Shown here one piece after another: positions 13,094 through 25,635 of a stretch of 64,000 nucleotides of DNA (within the stretch, counting starts at the first letter, position 1; each line of letters opens with the position of its first letter). The notes beneath the pieces are model-generated. The model ran no database searches. It was given only the letters and a program-made list of their open reading frames with translations, and was not told the origin of the DNA. The DNA is from Raillietiella orientalis (lineage: Eukaryota): positions 372,001-436,000 of the forward strand of contig JAYWIR010000065.1 of NCBI GenBank assembly GCA_036172245.1, in the 5' to 3' direction. Both the position numbers and the translations under genes were made by a program.

Positions 13094-14099
13094 TACATAT
13101 TTTTTTTCTTTCTTTTATTTGTTCTTTCTTTGCATTCTATCGGACCTTACTTTTGAGATGCGGCTCGTACAAAGGCAAGTGCAAGTTTTGGAGCCCTTGA
13201 AAAAGCTCGGTAGCTTTTCCGGAGCACAAATGTTGGCTTTGAATTTACTTGAAACGGTACTATATATATTTTGATAGCCGGGTGTACCTGTGAAAACAAG
13301 CGCGAGTGCTTGCTTTGAGAATTGGTTGCAGGGGCGCATCTGTAAAAACAAACAGAAACGCTCCACACGTGCTGAGCTGCAGAGCCTCGAAGGAAATGAT
13401 TTCGTCCGCATGACACGCCCGTTCGCCGCTCCGAAATGAGCAGAGCAGTTGAGTTTCCCTGTGTGTACACAGAACGGTGGAAACGAGAAACAAAAAAAGT
13501 CTTGCCTCAGTCTTAAGCAGAAGTTTCCACGATCTATACAGTGGAAACAGAATGTCCATTTTTTGAGGGGGGGGGGGAGGAAGAAGAGAAAAAAATCGGG
13601 AAAATTTCAAGATTAGATGAAACAAACTCTGAGAATGAGACCGTGTGTCCTGCCTGGTTCTGTCAATGCCTTCATCTCGAGGTGTGAGGCTCGGTGGACT
13701 CTAAGGCTAAAGGGCAAGTAGACTCGACATGGACGTCCTGAATCACTCAGGGGTCTTTCTCTTTTCACAGGGACTTCATTGTTGCCTATCGAGGATCCAC
13801 ACGATACTCAATCGGGACCCACGATGTAGCTCACAACAGTAGGCGCACACCTAAAATCGTGAACGCCCTTCTTTCTTGTGATTTGTGCCAGCAGGAATGA
13901 TTGCTATGAGTAATCGAAAAGGGTCTCGAAATGTTTGTCTTCTGCTTGCGCGTTCTCTTTGGGACTCTGCTTGAATTTGGGAGGCAGGTACCTATGGACC
14001 TCAGGAAAAAAATCATGCTCTCGGGATTTCTTCAGCCTATTTGTGACTCGAAACGCCAGGTGAAAGGCTCCGATTTTGTCATGACCACGAGGGGTCACC

Positions 14100-15150
14100 A
14101 AAAACCACTACAAGTTTGATTTTTTAGAAGAGCAGTTGATTCTTCGGGATGATAGAATTTTTATCTGATGTACTCCTTCGTAACTCTGCTTACCTTTCAA
14201 AAAGCTGTCAGCACGAAATGCGAGGAGCTTGCAGGATGAACTTTCCAGAATGTACCTTCCCAAGCGTTTCTCTGGATAGAAATGCTGAAGAAAATCTCTG
14301 AACCTTGCATGTTTCCATTTTTCCGTCCACCTTTCCATGTGAAAAATAGCTTTCCGAGTAATGGTGAACATAGAAGAGACACAAAAATAGAACTTCTTGA
14401 GAGCGGCGAGAATCTGAGTGACCCCTTAGCGATGTACAGAACCTTAGGTGGCACTCTTAGACGAGGAACACTTCCCACTTGATTCATCCAAAGAGTGACC
14501 GGAAAGCTTGAAACAACACTTCATGGAGACCTTGGCTGAGAGAAGGAATCGCGTTCTTCAAGAAACAACGTTGACGTCAACTTGTGAGTTGAATTGCCTC
14601 TCCCCCACAAGCGCTTCCTGGAATTCTGTAGGGACCCTTCGGTCACTAGGGAGGCAGTGAGAAGCAAATCAGAGACTGATGATATGCAAGCTCATCTGGA
14701 GACCCATTGCGTTCATTTTGTACGTGCGATCTCTGACAGTTTGGCAGCCTCGAAACGCCTTGACCATCCGAACATGGCAAGCAGAAGCAAAAAAGTTCAT
14801 CTCGTGAAATCCAGATGCAAGTTGCTCCTTAGTCTGGGGGAAATTTGAATGGACATCTGCTGCAGTTTGCCAATTCACAGCATCTCCATTCAACCATCTG
14901 CAGCCACAAATCTCTTCGACCGCTTTTGCACAGGTTCGGTCACATTATTGCAGCTGCTCATGAGACGAGAGTTCTTCCAGTGCATCCCTAGGAAAGAAAA
15001 GGATGCTGAATTCAGAGTGGAATGGCCATTCTTTCCTCAAGGCATCATCTGCATCTCCATGCTCCTCTTCAAGTTTCTCAGCAGGAAGAGAGTGCGAAAG
15101 AAGGCAAAAGGACAAGGACAAGGATATGCCCTCTTTCACATCCTCTGCAA
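14100..15150 (-). pseudogene. Decayed HEPN(DZIP3-like)-NACHT (NLR-like) gene
   Basis: FFPRDALEELSSHEQLQ*CDRTCAKAVEEICG...NGDAVNW...KEQL...ACH (HEPN-like) upstream of PPKVLYIAKG and KHARFRDFLQHFYPEK...KLLAFRAD (NACHT-like up to Walker B); stops and frameshifts; recognised by eye only. Confidence 0.4.
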
Positions 15151-15486
15151 TCCTCGAGTGGCAGCTGACATTGCTGTCGCAGCCACACACATGGATTCCG
15201 CTTCCGAGCTTCTGTACCCTCTCTCTTACACCCGAGCGGCTGACCCGACAGCGGAGGATGCGCTCATAGCTGCTCGTCACGCGAGCCCATAGCTCCCCCC
15301 TCGGCAGAGGACACTCCTTTGGTGATCGCCGCTGCCATCAAATCGCACCATCTATTGACCGATTGCGCGGCCGCCATTGCACAGCTCGGTCCCGCAGCCT
15401 CCAGACGGCCCAGGAGAGCTCCCTTCCGGATGCTTCCTTTGGGGTGAACGCCGTGCACTGATGAAGCGCACACCAAACGCAAGCGA

Positions 15487-16295
15487 TGACCTCGTCGGAG
15501 GCCATGTGGTCACGGTCTCCGCGCTTAGCAACAAGCGTCGCAGGATTGAATACTCAGAAAGAATCGACACCGAGAGATGGATGCGCAGTGGGTTCGAGTT
15601 CCTCCTGCAAGACGACGCTGGTTGACCCATATGGGGTGCGGCACCGATAGCGGTTAAAACCGGATGCCCTTTATGAGTGGCCGGGATCGGGTGTCGACCT
15701 CCAGGTCCTTCCAAGAAACAGAAGTGGTAGTTTCCCTTCGGTTGTGCAGAGGAGTTGACCCCTCCTTTGGGGAGGGATCTTCCGTCTCGTACCATGGAGT
15801 AGGTATAGTACCTCTCCAGAGTACAAAGAAACATGCCGTTCTCTTCGGGGAGCACCCTTCTGAGAAATTGCGGAAGCTTCCCTTTGGGGCTCTCTTCAGA
15901 GGAGCAAACAAGGAGTGGTTCTCTTACAGGTTCCCTTCGAAGAAGAAATTCCTGATAGCAGATCCTTTCCGGATTCCCTTAGGAGAAGAAAATTGGTGCA
16001 GATCCCTCTAGGGGTTCCTCCGGGGGTCCCTCCGGATAGAATAAGAGAGGAGATTCACTTTGGAGTTCCCCTCGGAGGCAACTAGGGTAGAGGTTCCCTT
16101 CGGAAATCCCTCCCCAGGCTTGAGAGGAACGGTCTCCCTTCTCCAGAGTCCTTCCTGGATTCATAGGGTGCTCCCCTCCCATGGTACCCCCTATGCTGAA
16201 GAATTACGCGCACCCTCGGGTGGCGTGAAACAGCGTTAAAGAGCCGCGTGAGCCTCCAGGAGCGCGACAGTTCTTGAGGTACTTAGCGAGCCAAA
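15487..16295 (+). mobile_element. SINE-like family, copy 3 (near full length)
   Basis: Head cgtcggaggccatgtggtcacgg, B-box gggttcgagttcc near 15590, conserved end gaggtacttagcgagccaaa. Confidence 0.85.
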
Positions 16296-18080
16296 CGCAA
16301 GCCACAGTACACCTCGACCGCACTCTTAGTGGAAAGGGTGGCTCGCCGAGCTATGGTCAACGATCCGAGACAGCGGAACCTTCCGAGTGGGCTGATCCGA
16401 ATCCTGACCTGGAAACAACAACTCGTGAAGGGAGATCGCCTTTTTAGCGGAAACCTTGCGTTGACCTAGAACCATGGAGAGACGAGAAAACACCCTCACG
16501 CACAGTCATCGTTGGCAAAGGGCCGGTCCACGATTGTCACTCAAGGATTCCCTGTTGAGGCTTTGCTGGACTCGTCTTTGATGACCGACGCCGAAGTTCG
16601 AATCTGCGGACCACACGAAGTGGTTTCTCTGTTAGATTGGTCAAGCCTAGTTCGTTGATTGTGCGTTGGGCGGTGGCTTTGGCAATGTCAAGTTGGCACC
16701 GGAGATACCCGCCTCATGACGTTTAAATTCTCTTCCCGCTTCTGTAATCTGAACAGATAACACCTTTACTCCATGTACTGTTCGATATAGGAGATACCCT
16801 GGCAGGGTTCTCGGCGTCGTTCGATGCCTGAGGCACCTTTTCCACGACTATTCGCACTTCCTGAGGGTCTTCTTTAATCCTCGTCAACGCTCCTTGCAAG
16901 CAGTGCTTTTTCTCCAGTGCCCAGTTGCCTTCTGAGTATGCTTCCCACTTGCTGAGGTCTTTTGTTGCTCACTTCACGAGGTGCAGCAAAAGCAGTCAGT
17001 CAACTTTTGTTTATCCAGCTATCTTGGTGACGCTCTTCGGTAGCACCAGAGTGATCTTTGTGATCACCTTGGTGCTTTTGAAGGCAAGAATTCTTGATGT
17101 GAGGCGCGGAACTCTTTGCAAGTGTTTCAGGATCGAGGACATCAAGGTGCTTCCGAGAGGAATCCGGAATTTGGAATGGAAATCCTTCGACGGCAGTAGA
17201 CTAAATAAGGTGTGCATCCCTAGTAAAATTAAGGCAAATGCTGATTCAGGAAACTGGGATCCTCATGGCGGTGCTTTGCCTGCAAGATGACTACCCAGAG
17301 AGAGCACGAAAAAATTCTCTTCCAGCGCTTTCCGCTTCAGAGCTAATGACATGGAAGTGAAAGGGTGAAAGTCGACGAAAGATCACAGCTTCTCCTAAGA
17401 GGATTAGACGGGTTGCTGACAAACAAAGAAACTCTCAAGACGGCAACATGTCTTCCGTAGTTTGCATCTCAACTCTCTCCTGGCATCCATCTCATAGCCA
17501 ATTTGCATCACAGATGGCAAAAACCGAATCAAATAGAAAAGATGCGTTGTCATTCAGGTGTTGGAATATCATCTGAAACCGTGTACAATATGAAACATAT
17601 ATAATACAATACATGTATCAATATAAAACATATATGATATGATAGGTGAGTGATATACTTGCAAATCGATGTACCGTTGATTAAGAAGCAAACACGATAT
17701 GTGCATAATATAAATTGTGCATTCACAATATCCCTGGTCTGTAGTGTTTAGATTATTAACAAATACATGATGTACCATAATAGTAGGGAAACTTGGATGG
17801 AAACAAAAGGATTTGTAGTTTTTCATTTTTATATCATGTGCCAATAATTGCTAAAAGTTTTTATTTTTTTATTGCTTTCAATTTGTATGGTGTAAATCAT
17901 GAGAACTTTTAATTCGGTTTCCTTCAAAATAGTTATCAATATGTATTGAGCAATACGAAAATTTCCCCTTAGCAAATCATCGTTTAATGACATTTTTTAC
18001 TCGGTACTCGATACAGAATACAATATTTATAGCAATAGTGAATTTGAAAGAGTGTGTTCATAATTCCATACATCTTGATC

Positions 18081-18083
<3 letters not shown>

Positions 18084-18115
<32 letters not shown>
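18084..18115. repeat. (TA)n microsatellite
   Basis: Uninterrupted TA run flanked by tcatg/catga. Confidence 0.95.
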
Positions 18116-18118
<3 letters not shown>

Positions 18119-21091
18119 GATGTTAACGAGCAATGATATCTTTCCAGCATCTGTTTCTTTAGTCGCTACATAATGATGATTATCACCTTTCGTGGTGATG
18201 TGCAAATATCTCGTCACAAAAAGCGTACTTACGTGTGTGGACAGCCCATCTCTTTTTGGATTCCATCTCCAGTGGCAATCGACGGCTCCATATAGAAAAT
18301 TTTCCACAGGCCGCGTAGACAAATCACGTGCGATGTGCGTGTGGTACAAACGTGGATGCACTCGCAATTCTCTCTCAGATCTGTCCACATCCCTGCATCT
18401 GTTTTCCATTAGTTTTGCTTTTGTGTATTGTACTCTCACCGTTCTATAGAATGTTTGACCGCATCGCAAAGTTCACAGCAGCTAGGCCAGTTGCAGGGAG
18501 TCCATTTTGGAAACTCCTCCTTCTTCCGTGTGCTGAGCAGAGGAGTCTTAATGATGCAAGTGTCTTTCTCATACTTTTCGTGTCAAAGAAGGACTCTCTC
18601 GTGTCGGGAGTTGTGAGTTTCCATGGTGTTACAGTGGGTTTGCGTAGTTTCGAGGCAAGAGGTAGGCCGTCGATCTAAGGAGACTTATATCCAAGGTTCG
18701 GCGTAGGTCATGGGCAGAGCAAAAGATCGGAATTCCGAAAGGAATTAAAGGAGGATGGTCGCATCTTCTTCAGCAATGCTGGAAGATTCCTTTTTTTTTT
18801 TTTTTTTTTCGTGGATTTCGCACATTTCATAGGTTTCCTTCACCCCTAATGGCCTTTATTCTAGGGTGAATGAGCGTATACGGAACATCTTATTCGAGCA
18901 AACGATTAACTTATGAAGAAATATTTCTCTAGAAATTATCCATCCTAACACGAAATCTCCGCAAATGAGAAAAAAAAGCAATCTCTTCTTCTCTTTGGAA
19001 CTGTGGGGAGAAGGTTTCCCGATGCATGGTGAAAGAGGATCTGTTCTGAAGCGATGTAGTTTAGGAGAGCAGCACCATCATTCTGATGATCCCAGGTTTT
19101 AGGATCACTGGTGAGAAAAGAAAAAAATTTTAAGAAAGAATTTTAATAGGAAAGACACATTCTTCGAGGAGAGCAAAGAAAAGTGCTAAGCTGTTGCCCT
19201 GGGGTGCATTCATGACCGGGTTTTTGTGAAGAAAGGATGGCCACGACGTGTCTCATGCCCAGAAGGTGGTACCTGAAAAGAGGATTTGCTTTCTCAGCAC
19301 ATAGATGGTCACGAGACGAGGATGAAAGCTGCTCCCAATAAACAAGGATAAGGATTTTGTTTTCTTTCATTGCGCTACCGGAAATAGGAAGGTTTTTTTG
19401 TTTCCCATCCACGTTCCTGACTGATCAAAAACAGCAGATAAGTCTGCCATCTGCCTCCGTATGGTGTCATGAAACACCGGAGCAAAATACCTTTTTATGC
19501 ATCAGAGTGGATGCCGTGATCTCTACGAGAGAGAAGAGGGTCGCTTCGAAAGCGAGTTCTCCCTCTCTAACAGTAGCCGGTCTTCACCCCAACATTCCAA
19601 TTTGCATGGTGTAATGAAAACCAATTGCAGTTTGTCCTTAAAGGTCCTCGCCTTTATTTTTTGCGTCTGAGCACTGTTCTTGTTTATCGTGCCACATGGT
19701 TTTTTCCCTTTCCACGCGACCTGTTGTCAGGGTGCATTGGATTATTTCCAAGGACATGAATTTCGGAAGCTGTAAACGGAGATCTTTTATCAGCTTTACG
19801 AATGTACTTCCGCGTGTACCATGTTAACAATGGGCATTTGAGTACAATTCTTGCGCAGTGAACGAAATCTCATCCTATCCATCCTTTCTAATGAGTCGTT
19901 CACCGATGCAAATCAAATCCGTGGATGTTCATATGCACTGCTTTCCTGATCCACTTGCCATAGAATTTGCATGCAAATGTGGAACATAAAATGCAACTGA
20001 AGATGATCGCTTCTATCCCAGGGCTTAGCTGGAAGATGAAAATTCCATCACTACCAACTCACGGCTCGCGATTTGAGTTGAAGTCCAGCAATGTACGTGA
20101 TTTTCTTGTGAATTAGCTAAGCTAATTCATGAAGATAGGCTTAAATTAATTCACAAAAGATCGCTTGTATTAAAATCACACGAAGGAATAGTCTAGAAAG
20201 ATGGATTTTCCTAGCATCCGTCTGAACGCTTGGGATCCTATGCGAAATTTTGGGGGGAAATGTTTCTTAATATGGAAAAGGAACCTCCTTTTTCTGTTAG
20301 AAGCCATCAAGCAGTTTTCCTGAACGCTTTTTGGAGGGAAGGGGGAGAAGGATTTACGAAGATGATTCTTTTGAAATTTAGGCATACGTGGAAGGAAAAT
20401 GCGCAGCTACTCGTCAACACGCTCATGTTCCTGCAAGTGGTTTGAAACAGTATGAGCTTTCTTCTGAAAGCATCACTTGCGAAAAATTCGTAAATCTTCT
20501 TTCATTCTCAGTATATGTACAGTCGAAGCGTGTTCTTCCATTGCGACCTAGACCAGCCATTTGCCCGAAACGGCAAGTGCAACAGAGTCAGTCTTTTATC
20601 CAAGAATCCGAGGGATTGCATCTTGTAGCATCAGGTATTGCTGCTGTCTTCCGCATTCGATTGCAGGTTCAACTTTTCTACTGATACGTTTGATAGAAAT
20701 ACAGGAAAGTTAGAGCAAAGCGAAATTCAGAGAGAGCCTCTACTTTTCGAAAATATGACCTCCGCTGATGAACGCCACTCAAAAGCTCGAGAAATTCCTC
20801 TGCATTCTCGTGACTTGACTACACAACAGGTCACTTGTTCTGACTTCTCAACCCGATTGGCTGCAATCTGGAGAAGCTCCCTTCCCATATTGGCTGTTTG
20901 TGATCATGGTCGGTAATATTTATTCGATTTTCCCCAGGTCCCACAAGGGGTGGGGTAAATTTATTTTCTTTCATATGCACACTACAATCTCATTCAGACT
21001 GTTTAAAACAGTGTGAATGAGAATCCTTTCGGGGTATCATAAGTTCTGCACTCTGGGTGGGTTCCTCGTTGTTGTTTCCCGGGCATCGTCC

Positions 21092-22196
21092 TCAATCCTC
21101 TTCAGGATGTAGCAGTACGTCCAGGCTTGCAGTCTTCCACAACCGATTCCTGATACCGATTTCCTTCTGGATCAGCCCTTGCAGGATCTCCATCGGGGGT
21201 GCGGTTGTCCTGGCTTTCCTCATCTTCCACGACCGCACAAGTACGGCGGTGATGAAGAGAGCAATGGTCGTTCTTACCATGGGATTGTAGCAGGGAACAT
21301 TACCATTTTCCGGCAAGTATTTCCCTTACTGAACTGGTGGTGAGTCCTATGATCCTTTTCAGGATCAACCAGTCATGGAGCAATGTGGGACACGTCAAGA
21401 TGTGAAGTCTTTTGTCTGTGTCTACACATGCCTTGCAGTCTTCGTCATCCCATCTTCCGGTGAAATATTTCAATCTGGACCCGCTCAGGATTACTCCGTG
21501 ATAGAACATCAGGAGGTTGTCCTGGGTGTCCGGCGGAAGGTCACTCCTTCAGAGCGTCGTGCCGATCGCTAACAGGTTGATCCTGTCGCTTCCGTAGCGA
21601 TCGGCGGCTTCTTGGAGGGCACTGATATCTTGGTTTTCTTCTTTGATTAAACTCTGGAGGTTCTGTTTATTCACCCTGGACCAGGCGAAGTCGTTGTGGT
21701 TTTTCCTCACCTCGTGTGTCCTATGGGTGAATCTTCCCAGCATCATCCCGATATACCAAATTATACGAGTGTGATGTAGGTACCCTCCTCTTCTCCACTC
21801 CTGGATTCGTTGCAGGGTAACTCTGGACTGCTGGTAGATCCAGTTTCTTGCCTGTCCTGGGGCACTCGGAGCATCCAAGGGTTCACCAGAATGGATTCCT
21901 CCTGCCAGAGTTCCTTGCTTCTGGATACGATCTCGTTGATGTTTTCGCATCAGTTGTTGCTTCCTTCTCCAGGTGGGGTCGATGGTGAGCCATTCCCCTG
22001 CTCGGCCTAGCAGCTCAGTCATCGGGCCTCTCGAGTTGTTTAAGAACATCGAATAGGCCCTGTGCGCCGCATAAATCCAGTCGTCCCAGTAAGTAGCAAT
22101 ATCCAGGATCTGTCGCGTATCCATGATTTCCACGGAATGTGCAAGCGACTTCATCCAGGAACCACCCTCTTCCTTGGGACGACACAAGGGTTTCAA
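21092..22196 (-). pseudogene. Frameshifted ORF2 C-terminal region with Cys/His finger
   Basis: Consecutive ORFs 21549-22196, 21300-21509 and 21092-21316 in shifting frames; CKACVDTDKRLHILTC (CX2CX7HX3C). Confidence 0.8.
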
Positions 22197-22198
22197 TC

Positions 22199-23172
22199 TT
22201 ACTCTGGGGCGGTATTTTCCCCACAGAGGAAAATTTCTCGTTGCAGCTTTTCAATTTCTCTCATGGTGTCCTTGTTCATTCTGGCGAAGGCCGCTCCGAA
22301 GGATATCTTTGGAAGGAGAACTCCATTCCGAAGGTTGGCCTTCCTCCTCATGCCAAAGTCCAGTCGAGTGTATTTCTCCGCTTCCTTCGCTGTTTTCCCT
22401 AGGATTTCCAACCACAGTAGCTTCGACGCGGAGCCGTCGCCGATGTGGACTCCTAGGTACTTGGCAGTGTCCACCGTTCGGAATCCTTCCCCCGTGAGAG
22501 CGGAGAGATCCAGGATTCCGGCGGGCAAAAGTTGACTTTTCTGGGAGTTGATCTTCAAGCCCAATTCCTCTTCCATGAGCTCCATCACATCCAGGAACGC
22601 TTGCTGGTTTCGTTCTCCCTTGATGAAGAAGAGATCATCCGCGTACGCCAGATGGGTGGGTTTCTGGTTGTCGATGTTGATTCCTCGGAGACGTCCCCTC
22701 TTCTCGACGAAAGAAGACAGCTCCTCTATGTAGATAACTAACAGCATCGGACTTAGTGAGTCGCCCTGGCGGACTCCCTGTTCCATCCAGATGGCTGCCG
22801 TCTCTTCTCCGTTGATCTTGATGCGGAAGTACTGTTCTTGGAGTACCTTCCTCACGAAGTTGCCGAAGTATTCCGGAAGGCCCAGTTTTCTCAGAATCTT
22901 CAGCAGCATCTCGTGGTGGATGGTGTCCAAAGCCTTCTCCATGTCAGTGAACACCAGCACCAGGTTCTCGCCGACGTATCGACTGAGCCCCACGATGGCT
23001 TGGGCGCACTTGACATTGTCCGACATGTGGCGTCCGGGTACCGCGCACGTCTGGACTGGGGAGATGAGCTTTGGCATGACCTTGCCTAAGCGGTTGGCCC
23101 AGATCTTTGCCAACCACTTGGCATCGGAGTTCAGGATTGAGATTGGTCTCCATAATGGGTTGAGATTGGCCT
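22199..23172 (-). CDS. Reverse transcriptase domain of ORF2 (partial; the first ~38 aa of the track ORF come from flanking DNA)
   Basis: WRPISILNSDAK, QTCAVPGR, DMEKALD, GVRQGDSLSP, LAYADD, LKINSQKS, KYLGV: canonical non-LTR RT motifs. Confidence 0.95.
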
Positions 23173-23993
23173 GGTAATATTTATTTGATGTTTTCGTTCT
23201 AATTATTATATAGCTTCTGTTCTGTTGGAGAGTTAAGACTTTTAAAGTTGGAACTCGTGGTGCTTCATAAGCAAGTTTCAACACATATTCAGTTTTTATG
23301 TCTCAACGAGTTGTAGTGTTAAAAAGCTATTTGCATCCATTTTTTAAATTTCAGGAGTCGACAGAAGCTGTTTCTGAGCTGCCACCCAGGCTTTTCGTAC
23401 CTTCCTGTAAAACTGATGCTTTCTTCAAGATCAGAGTTCGTCAATTCGTGAATGAGAAAGAACGGAAGGAAAAAACATAATTCGCGAATCCATAATTCAC
23501 AGAAAAATCCAAGAAAAACGCTGCCAAGATGACCTCTGGATTTTTGCTCTGGCTTTCAGAGGAGCGAAGAAGCAAAGTGATGTTGCCTGTGGATACCTCT
23601 GCCTTCACAGCACATGGAAATTCACTTTCCTCACGTTTCTTGATTTACGTGTGATGGAAAGAAACTGATAGTTTTTTTTTTCTTTCTTCTCACCATCGAA
23701 ATCAACAGTTTTGTTGTGCGGTGATTTTGAAACTTTAGATGATGCATTGCACCATGCTCTAATTTTTTGTGCGGATCTGGATGTGCGACCCCAAGCTAAT
23801 CATCTCCCTCATCCCAAATTCAGATTTCCGCTTCCGCATTAATGTCGACTTTCCGTTGCTGTGCCGATGACATCCGTTTCAAAAACAAATCTCCATAAAC
23901 ACTCGGCTCTTGTTCATGTTCCCTGGAGGCACTCTTTTCCTTCTCTGAGTCTCAGGCGAAGGCTTGAAAATTTTTTAATGACTCTAAAAAAAA

Positions 23994-24011
23994 ACACACA
24001 CACACACACAC
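23994..24011. repeat. (AC)n microsatellite
   Basis: Short AC run following a poly-A tract. Confidence 0.85.
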
Positions 24012-24904
24012 ATCCACACAGAGATGTCGAGTTTGGAGAACATAAAAAGGCGAATAAATCATAAATGATGAAAAATTACACAATTACTAAGAGCAAAAGT
24101 TTCACGTTCTTACTTGGAACCTGCACTTCATTCTCTTTGATATATCTTGGGTGAACAAATGTTCTGTTATCTTCGTTGTCTATGAGCAGAGGATTTATGA
24201 GACATCAGTGTGTCTTAAAAGCTCTTAAGGAATCAATAAGATTGTGTTGCAGACCATAAGCTTGCGCTAAGTTTGCTTCAGAAGAAACTTTTAAAGGTTA
24301 CAGCATATTGTGAACTCTAGAAGAGTTGTAGATCGCCCGGCAATCAACATCGTGACCTCAAATTCCGAGAGAATTTATGGAAATTTTGATCACTTGGTTA
24401 CAGACATAATGCTAAACTTCCAAAACTCCCGGCCAAACAAATATTCAAATATTAACGTGTCGCAGTTTGCTGCATGCAAAAAGAAAAATGAAAATGCATA
24501 TGTGAAGAGAACTCCAGATGCCTCAAGCAAACTGACATGACCAGTCTGTTCGAAGAGTTCAGAGTACGATCAGTTCAAATTGAGACGGAATTGATAGTCC
24601 ATTAATTACCTTTTAAATACTTCTAGGTAGACTCTGAAGAATAAGCTTTCAATTTTTTAAACATTATCCAATGCTACCAATTGCACACTTTTTTTTTCCC
24701 CGATGAAAAGGTCGGAATTTCTCACGAGAAAAGCCCTAATAAATTCGTTGGTCTCGTGACTCTATTTATTGGTATTCATAAGTGCACTCTGACCATATGG
24801 GTTAATGAAATCACACATAAATGGTTTGAATGGCTTCCGGGTCCTAGCAGAGCCTCCCTTACTGAAAGACGATCTGGTTTTGAAGTTGCTCTTAAGTTCA
24901 TCGG

Positions 24905-25635
24905 AGGCCCCCGATGAAGGTCAGAACAATGGGAGTCGACCTTCGGGTCCTTCCAGGAATAAAGGAGTGGGGAGTTCCTCCTCCTGTCGTGCAACGGAGA
25001 GCGTACCCCCCTCACTGGGGGAACCCTTCGGTTTCAAGATGAAGCAGGAGCCATTACGGTCACCTCTCCAGTTGTTCAAAGGAGCGGACCCCCCCTGTTG
25101 CGGGAAGGACCCTCCGTGTCGTCGCCTCTCCAGAAGAGTGCAAGGAAGCAAGCGAGAGCGATCTCTTGCGGGAAGCTGCAGCGCCCCTTCTGAGTTTCGG
25201 AAGCATCCCTTTGGGGTTCTCTTCAGAGGAGTGAACAGGAGAGGTTCCCTTGCGGGTTCCCTCCGGGGAAGGGGAGTGGTTCTTCCCTTCCGGGTTCCGG
25301 TGGTCCCTCCGGAGATAATGAGGAAAGAGACTCCCTTTAGAGTTCCTTTTCGGAGACAACCAGGGTGGGAGGTGCGATCCCCCCAGTGCGGGGGGGGATC
25401 CCTCCCCAGGCATGAGAGGAACGGACTCCGAGCCCTTTCCTGGATTCACAGGGCGGACCCCCATCCCGGGGTATCCCGTATCCTGAAGAATTACACTGAA
25501 GAATTACCACGCCCCCTGCGCGGTTGCACGCAGGGGAGAGGCGTGGAAACTAAAGAGTGTGTTTAAAGAGCCACGTGCGCCGCGAGACACGCGACCGGCT
25601 CCTGAGGTACTTAGCGAACCAAAAAAAAAAAAAAA
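24905..25635 (+). mobile_element. SINE-like family, copy 4 (5'-truncated, poly-A tail)
   Basis: Very similar to 8830-9390; ends gaggtacttagcgaacc followed by a 15-A run. Confidence 0.88.

Larger units (their letters stand above)
20925..23172 (-). mobile_element. 5'-truncated L1/Tx1-clade non-LTR retrotransposon with 13-bp TSD
   Basis: ggtaatatttatt is duplicated at 20912-20924 and 23173-23185; RT, C-terminal finger and 3' UTR lie between. Confidence 0.92.

Noticed and set aside
16300..17400. Possible decayed retroelement ORF1 on the minus strand
   Set aside because: No convincing zinc knuckle or continuous frame
23173..23284. N-terminal 38 aa of the 361-aa RT ORF
   Set aside because: Lies outside the TSD in AT-rich flank; a chance in-frame extension, not part of the element
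24805..25566. 253-aa ORF and similar ORFs in other SINE-like copies
   Set aside because: Frames are not conserved between copies and there are no domain motifs; a by-product of a GC-rich repeat
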